A stretch of DNA of 64,000 bases from Limisphaerales bacterium (GTDB lineage: Bacteria > Verrucomicrobiota > Verrucomicrobiia > Limisphaerales > CAZKNW01), in the NCBI GenBank assembly GCA_965658675.1, contig CBFHTT010000037.1, positions 16,425-80,424 of the forward strand, given 5' to 3'. Both the position numbers and the translations under genes were made by a program. Positions 59,115-64,000 of the stretch are shown piece after piece. Positions within the stretch are counted from its first letter, which is position 1. The number at the start of each line of letters is the position of its first letter. The notes beneath the pieces are model-generated. The model did not search any database and was not told the origin of the DNA. It saw only the letters and a list, made by a program, of their open reading frames with translations.

Positions 59115-60259
59115 GCGTCCAGAGCTTTTTGCAGGTAGTCGGTGATCTCGAAGTTCTCAATCACGACGATGGATTCACCATCTTTGAAACGGCGCACCTG
59201 AGGCACGTTGATCTCAGGTGTCTTGCTTGGTGAGAAGAGGATGTCGTCGTGTGTGGCGTTCTGATGTTTGTTGAACAGGTCTGGTGTCAGATGACCACCG
59301 AGATGATCACTGCGTCCTGTGGCCACATGCATGGTGCCGCGAATTTTTTCATCCTGAATGTCGCGCCCAGAGACGGGGAGTAGCTGTGTGCCAAATCCCA
59401 GTTCGCCGAGGTCACCTGTGACAGGATCATCAGAGAGTTTTGCGTTGTGTGCATCGACAGTTGCCTGATCGCCTTGGAGGAAGGTGGCTTTCTGGATGCG
59501 ACCTTCAGCGACCTCCATAATACCAAGCGTGCCGTCCGAATACTTCATCGGAAACTGACCTTCAGCACCTTCAGGAACAAAGTAGACTTCACCGGCAGGA
59601 AGGTTGGCGACATCTGGCTTAGTGCCGTGACAAAGTCCATGGCTCTTCTGTGCGTCCTGCCCATTGGTGATGAGCTTGAGCGTGTATTTGCCATCGAGCA
59701 CTTCGAAATCGATCTCGAACGAATCCGCCGTGGACATGGCCAGACGAAGTTTCTCCGCTTCTGCAGAGACATCGTTGTAATCCACGGACAATCCACTGCT
59801 GAGAATGATGTCGTTCATGCCGTGCAGTGTGGCGCCACGGAAACCAATCTTCTTGGCGTGAGCGGTCAAAGGCGCTGTGGCTGAAAAGGTGGTAATGGCG
59901 AGGATGATGTCGTAGTTCGGGTAAACATCCTTCTCTAGGCTGATTTGTGTGCCATCTGGAGTAAATGCCTCGTCGGGTAGATCCAGGTTGCTGCCACCGG
60001 TCACCTTGTAGGAGAAGATTTCACCGCCAGTCATGCCCAACTCTCCAAGGGCGCCATTCTTGAAACCTTCATAGAATTTCTCATAGGCGTGACGTTGGAT
60101 GGTGAGATCTGGCTGGGTGAGAAAGTCGAAGCCTTTGATGTCTTCTGGATTCTCGAGATCGATGAGGATGCAAAGCTTACAACCTTGTGTAGGCTCAAAA
60201 ACAGTTGTCATCAGCCGTGTAAGGCTGAACGGGGGGAATTCGGTCAAGTTGTTGGACAT
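59111..60259 (-). CDS. M29 aminopeptidase-like metallohydrolase
   Basis: NLPAGEVY, GELGFG, DEK..GT.H.A.G.S.HLGG, H.DI; likely start MSNNLT. Confidence 0.7.
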   Translation of the reverse strand: MSNNLTEFPPFSLTRLMTTVFEPTQGCKLCILIDLENPEDIKGFDFLTQPDLTIQRHAYEKFYEGFKNGALGELGMTGGEIFSYKVTGGSNLDLPDEAFTPDGTQISLEKDVYPNYDIILAITTFSATAPLTAHAKKIGFRGATLHGMNDIILSSGLSVDYNDVSAEAEKLRLAMSTADSFEIDFEVLDGKYTLKLITNGQDAQKSHGLCHGTKPDVANLPAGEVYFVPEGAEGQFPMKYSDGTLGIMEVAEGRIQKATFLQGDQATVDAHNAKLSDDPVTGDLGELGFGTQLLPVSGRDIQDEKIRGTMHVATGRSDHLGGHLTPDLFNKHQNATHDDILFSPSKTPEINVPQVRRFKDGESIVVIENFEITDYLQKALDA

Positions 60260-60452
60260 GTTCTTCTCTTGTATTTGCGGCGCGAATTTAACGGACATCG
60301 TCTGTTTATCAAATCGGGAAAGGGATTTTTTCCACTTTCCAAGTGGAATTCCCCCTAAAATGAATTGGTTGGAATCACGGGAAGTGAATTTATTCCGTGC
60401 ATGCTTGAAGATTCGTAGGATCTGGCGAATCTGTCCTATCGCTCCAATCGTT

Positions 60453-61904
60453 ATGAGAAACATGAAGAAGATTTTGCTCCTGATTCTTTCATTCAGTCTG
60501 CCTGCGCAATGGGCTTCAGCCGCCTCCAAACCGAACATGATTATCATCTTCACTGATGATCAAGGATGGGGCGATCTTGGATGTTACGGTTCGCCGAATA
60601 TTGAGACGCCCAATATCGACCAGATGGCCCGCGAGGGAATGCGTTTCACCAGTTTCTATGCCGCTCCGTTTTGTGGACCATCACGGGCACAATTGATGAC
60701 CGGAAGCTATCACGCGCGGGCCGGGCATTCATTTAATCCTGGGCCTGGATCTCCTTTTGGACTCCATCCCGATGAGATCACGATTGCAGAAGTCGCCAAG
60801 TCCGTTGACTACTCCACCATGCACATTGGTAAGTGGCATTTGGGAGATGCTGCTCCCTTGCTGCCGACGTATCAGGGCTTCGATTCCTTTTTCGGGATCC
60901 CGTTCTCAAACGACATGTGGCCATATCATCCGAAGATGGCTCCACGGGAGAAAGAGGATGATCTGATGAAGCAGATGCGCGAACGCGCCGCCTACACGGG
61001 CTATGCAGGTCAGGGGAGTTACTATCCCAAGGGCGGAGGGTTTCCCGAGCCGCTTCCACTCATGCGGAATGAAGAAGTGATCGAACTCAATCCAGATCAG
61101 ACCAGATTGACGACCCGCTATACAGAGGAGGCGTTGAGATTCATCGAAACCAACAAGGAACAACCTTTCTTTCTTTACCTTGCCCATGCCATGCCTCACG
61201 TACCTTTGTTTGTGAGTGATAAGTTTAAAGGCAAGTCCGCTCGAGGCTTATATGGTGATGTCATCATGGAGATCGATTGGAGCTGCGGAGAAATCATGAA
61301 GAAGCTCGAAGCACTCGACCTCGATGAGGACACCATCGTTGTCTACACATCCGACAATGGACCATGGCTTGGCTATGGAGTGGATGGTGGTTCAGCGGGT
61401 CCTTTTCGCGACGGTAAGTCATCCACATGGGAAGGTGGTATGCGTGTGCCGGCCATTGTTCGCTGGCCGGGAACGATTCCTCCAAACCGACGCTCCGATG
61501 CAATCTCTGGAAACATGGATTTGCTACCAACCTTTGCAGATGCCGCCGGTGCCAAGTTGCCCACAGATCGCATACTTGATGGCAGAAGTCTGTTGCCGCT
61601 GTTGAAGGGAGAAACCACTCAAGCCCCACGCGACTACTTTCACTATTTCGCAGGAACACGTCCTGGAGGCGCGGCCAACTACAGAGGCATCCGCGACCAG
61701 CAGTGGAAACTCATTGTGCGAACCGACAAACAAGGCAGGGTGCATCCAAAGGAACTCTACGACTTGGGAGAAGACCCTTCGGAGAAGTTCGATCGCATGG
61801 AGCAGTTTCCGAAAGTGGTCGAAAGAATGATCACCGAAGCCCGAGAATTCCGAACAGCCTTCAAAGACCAACGCCGCCCGCCAGGTCGCGTAAACGGAAG
61901 ATAA
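60453..61904 (+). CDS. Secreted S1 arylsulfatase
   Basis: Signal peptide; KPN...DDQG.GD, CGPSR, GKWHLG, PHVP, SDNGP, WEGGMRVP. Confidence 0.93.
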   Translation: MRNMKKILLLILSFSLPAQWASAASKPNMIIIFTDDQGWGDLGCYGSPNIETPNIDQMAREGMRFTSFYAAPFCGPSRAQLMTGSYHARAGHSFNPGPGSPFGLHPDEITIAEVAKSVDYSTMHIGKWHLGDAAPLLPTYQGFDSFFGIPFSNDMWPYHPKMAPREKEDDLMKQMRERAAYTGYAGQGSYYPKGGGFPEPLPLMRNEEVIELNPDQTRLTTRYTEEALRFIETNKEQPFFLYLAHAMPHVPLFVSDKFKGKSARGLYGDVIMEIDWSCGEIMKKLEALDLDEDTIVVYTSDNGPWLGYGVDGGSAGPFRDGKSSTWEGGMRVPAIVRWPGTIPPNRRSDAISGNMDLLPTFADAAGAKLPTDRILDGRSLLPLLKGETTQAPRDYFHYFAGTRPGGAANYRGIRDQQWKLIVRTDKQGRVHPKELYDLGEDPSEKFDRMEQFPKVVERMITEAREFRTAFKDQRRPPGRVNGR

Positions 61905-61940
61905 GTTGGAGACCCTAGCTACTTGGAAGACACGGAAGAA

Positions 61941-62182
61941 GGGCAGGAATCCCGCCTCGGCGGGACTGACAGGAATATTATAGCTGCAGATTTCCCTGAG
62001 CCCAACGGGGTATGCGAACGATGTAGAGGCGTATCTATGACCACCTCACTTTAATACCGATGGAGTGCGATTGGGACAGATTTTGAGGTCTCGCTTACCT
62101 GTTGGTAGAGGCCTGTAGGGCCGAAAGTTTAAATAGCCCAAGATCAGAAACCCTCCTCCCGAGCCCAGCGCGCTCAACGCGT
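61941..62182. repeat. Intergenic cluster of REP-like elements
   Basis: TCCCGCCTCGGCGGGA 61950-61965; 62109-62125 is the exact reverse complement of 49532-49548; 62160-62180 matches 11566-11586. Confidence 0.7.
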
Positions 62183-62232
62183 GCAGGCTGTTCTGACTCG
62201 CTCCTTGTCTTTGCTCGGCCCACACTTGGCGC

Positions 62233-63093
62233 GTGTCTGAGTCTCGTGCGATGAGGGATCTGAAATGGACTGTTGAGTGTCCATCGCTCATTCGTGTGGA
62301 GACCGGGTTTGAATCGTTGGTGCGAGCCGACTTGATCGAACAGCTGAGAGGAGAAGATCAGCTTCAGGAGTTTCTTTCTCCAGCTTCAGGAACGGAGTCT
62401 CACTACCCGCGGGTGGGATACTACTTTGAGAGCCTTGTTCATTTCTGGCTCAAAGAAGTGTGTGGCTATGAACTCGTGGATCAGGGGAAGCAGATCATTC
62501 GCGATGGTGTGACCCGGGGAGAACTCGATTTCATTTTCCGCGATGCCTCAGGGCAACTCCACCACCTTGAAACCGCAGTGAAGTTCTATCTTCATTTTGC
62601 AAAGGAACACTCCTCAGGTAGTCATTTCATAGGTCCCAATTCTACCGATAACTTTGAGCGGAAGGTGAAACGTCTGCGAGAACATCAACTCCCCATGAGT
62701 GACGGACTCTACGAAGAGCCTCTCAGGAAGTGGGCGTGGGTGAAGGGGCGAATCTTCTACCATCCATTGGACATGGAGCCGGATGAAATCCCACAGGACA
62801 TGAACCCTGATCACAGCAAGGCGCATTGGATATTTGCTTCCCAGTTGGATGGCTGGTCAGGCTGGTTTCCAGAGAAGCACTGCCGATTGGTGCGCAAGCC
62901 TCATTGGCTTTCACTGGAGCAGGGGGAAACGTCAGAACATGATCTGTCGGTGGATGACTCCATTGATCGCCTCAAGAAGCATTTCAAGGGATCAGATACT
63001 CCACGCCTGATCGCCTGTATGAAACAGGAAGAGGATTCGATGATGGAGGCCCGTCGCGTCTTTGTTGTCAGCGATTCCTGGCCTGGTAAGTAG
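62233..63093 (+). CDS. DUF1853-family protein (PD-(D/E)XK-like)
   Basis: RVGYYFE.L, GELDF, HLETAVKFYL, GPN..D, KG.IFY. Confidence 0.8.
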   Translation: MSESRAMRDLKWTVECPSLIRVETGFESLVRADLIEQLRGEDQLQEFLSPASGTESHYPRVGYYFESLVHFWLKEVCGYELVDQGKQIIRDGVTRGELDFIFRDASGQLHHLETAVKFYLHFAKEHSSGSHFIGPNSTDNFERKVKRLREHQLPMSDGLYEEPLRKWAWVKGRIFYHPLDMEPDEIPQDMNPDHSKAHWIFASQLDGWSGWFPEKHCRLVRKPHWLSLEQGETSEHDLSVDDSIDRLKKHFKGSDTPRLIACMKQEEDSMMEARRVFVVSDSWPGK

Positions 63094-64000
63094 GATTATC
63101 CCTGATTGTCTTCAGCTTTGTGGTCAGTTGCTTTCTGAAGGCACTTACACGGCTTGCGTGTTCAGGAGAATCAGCAAGATTTGTGTACTGCTTGGGGTCT
63201 TTACGCATGTCAAACAGCTCGATGCCATTCTTCGCGTCCTCACCATACTGAATGTAAGCCCAGTCATCCTGCCGGAGCAAAAAGCCCTTACGCATGGGAG
63301 CCACGCTGAAGGCCGTATCGTGAACCTCCAACGCTGGATTGCTGATCATACCTGAAATGTCTTTTCCCTGAACGTGCTTGGGCACGCCCAACCCGCATAG
63401 GCGCGCGGTGGTGGGATACAGATCCAGTAACTCCACCAACGAATGACTCACAGCCGGTTTCTGTCCCGGCACGCTCACGATCAGCGGCACCTGTGCGGAT
63501 TCATCGCGCAGACTGACCTTGGCCCAGAAATCATGTTCGCCCAGATGGTATCCGTGATCACTGGTGAAAATGATGATTGTCTCCTCCGTTAATTCCGCTG
63601 CATCCAAGGCGTCCAATACCTTGCCCACCTGAGCATCCATGTAAGCCACCGATGCGTAGTAGCCACCTACGGCCTTACGTTGCTTGCGCAGGTCCATCTT
63701 CATGTTCTTGCTCGTCTTGTAGTTGATGCCTGCCTTTGGAATGTCATCCCAGTCCCCGTCAATCTTGGGCGGCAGCTCCATCGAGTCATAGTCGTATGGT
63801 TCGTAATACTTACGCGGTGCCACAAAGGGCACGTGAGGACGCACAAAGCCCACGCCCAACCAGAACTTACGATCCTTGTATTGATGAATCATTTCCACGG
63901 CCTTCTTTGCTGTCTTGCCGTCTGAATGCACCAAATCATCACCATCTGCCTCTACAACCACAAAGGTATTCCCTCCCACCACCGGGCGCTTGCCATCTGG
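63068..64000 (-). CDS. S1 sulfatase (iduronate-2-/choline-sulfatase-like), 5'-truncated by window edge
   Basis: GFVRPHVPF, YYASV.YMDAQVG, FTSDHGYHLGEH..W.K, ELFD...DP.Q..NL. Confidence 0.9.
   Translation of the reverse strand, partial: PDGKRPVVGGNTFVVVEADGDDLVHSDGKTAKKAVEMIHQYKDRKFWLGVGFVRPHVPFVAPRKYYEPYDYDSMELPPKIDGDWDDIPKAGINYKTSKNMKMDLRKQRKAVGGYYASVAYMDAQVGKVLDALDAAELTEETIIIFTSDHGYHLGEHDFWAKVSLRDESAQVPLIVSVPGQKPAVSHSLVELLDLYPTTARLCGLGVPKHVQGKDISGMISNPALEVHDTAFSVAPMRKGFLLRQDDWAYIQYGEDAKNGIELFDMRKDPKQYTNLADSPEHASRVSAFRKQLTTKLKTIRDNPTYQARNR

Noticed and set aside
59111..61904. Apparent 450-bp overlap of divergent ORFs 59111..60553 and 60099..61904
   Set aside because: Artefact of longest-ORF starts; likely starts are 60259 (-) and 60453/60462 (+).

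Overview
64 kb of a moderately GC-rich bacterial chromosome, most consistent with Verrucomicrobiota (PVC group): it carries DUF1549/1553 and DUF1501 genes, a CxxCH 'PVC-type' dehydrogenase, a Rhodopirellula/Verrucomicrobium-type ECF sigma with FecR anti-sigma, and three sulfatases. Most of it is housekeeping or metabolic: argJBDF, tal, a Fur-family regulator with sufBCD-sufT, parB-def-deoB-PMM, trpB, a sugar ABC transporter, tatD, rnd, tRNA-Asp(GTC) and tRNA-Pro(TGG). No transposase, integrase, CRISPR array or prophage is visible. The most unusual signals are non-coding. (1) A small islet downstream of tRNA-Asp holds tandem 137-bp units and a long direct repeat bracketing a methyltransferase gene. 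(2) A 21-bp palindromic micro-element occurs at filled and empty sites nested inside another short-period repeat. (3) An intergenic locus at about 32.65-32.82 kb has a strong GAAA-loop hairpin between convergent sigma54-like and sigma28-like promoter motifs (candidate sRNA). (4) A perfect 10-1-10 ICE/Per-like box precedes the suf operon. (5) An unannotated 39-aa membrane mini-protein is coupled to an M-K-stop minigene. Two genes are broken by single-base lesions. All family assignments are from motif recognition and recall; no database search was run.
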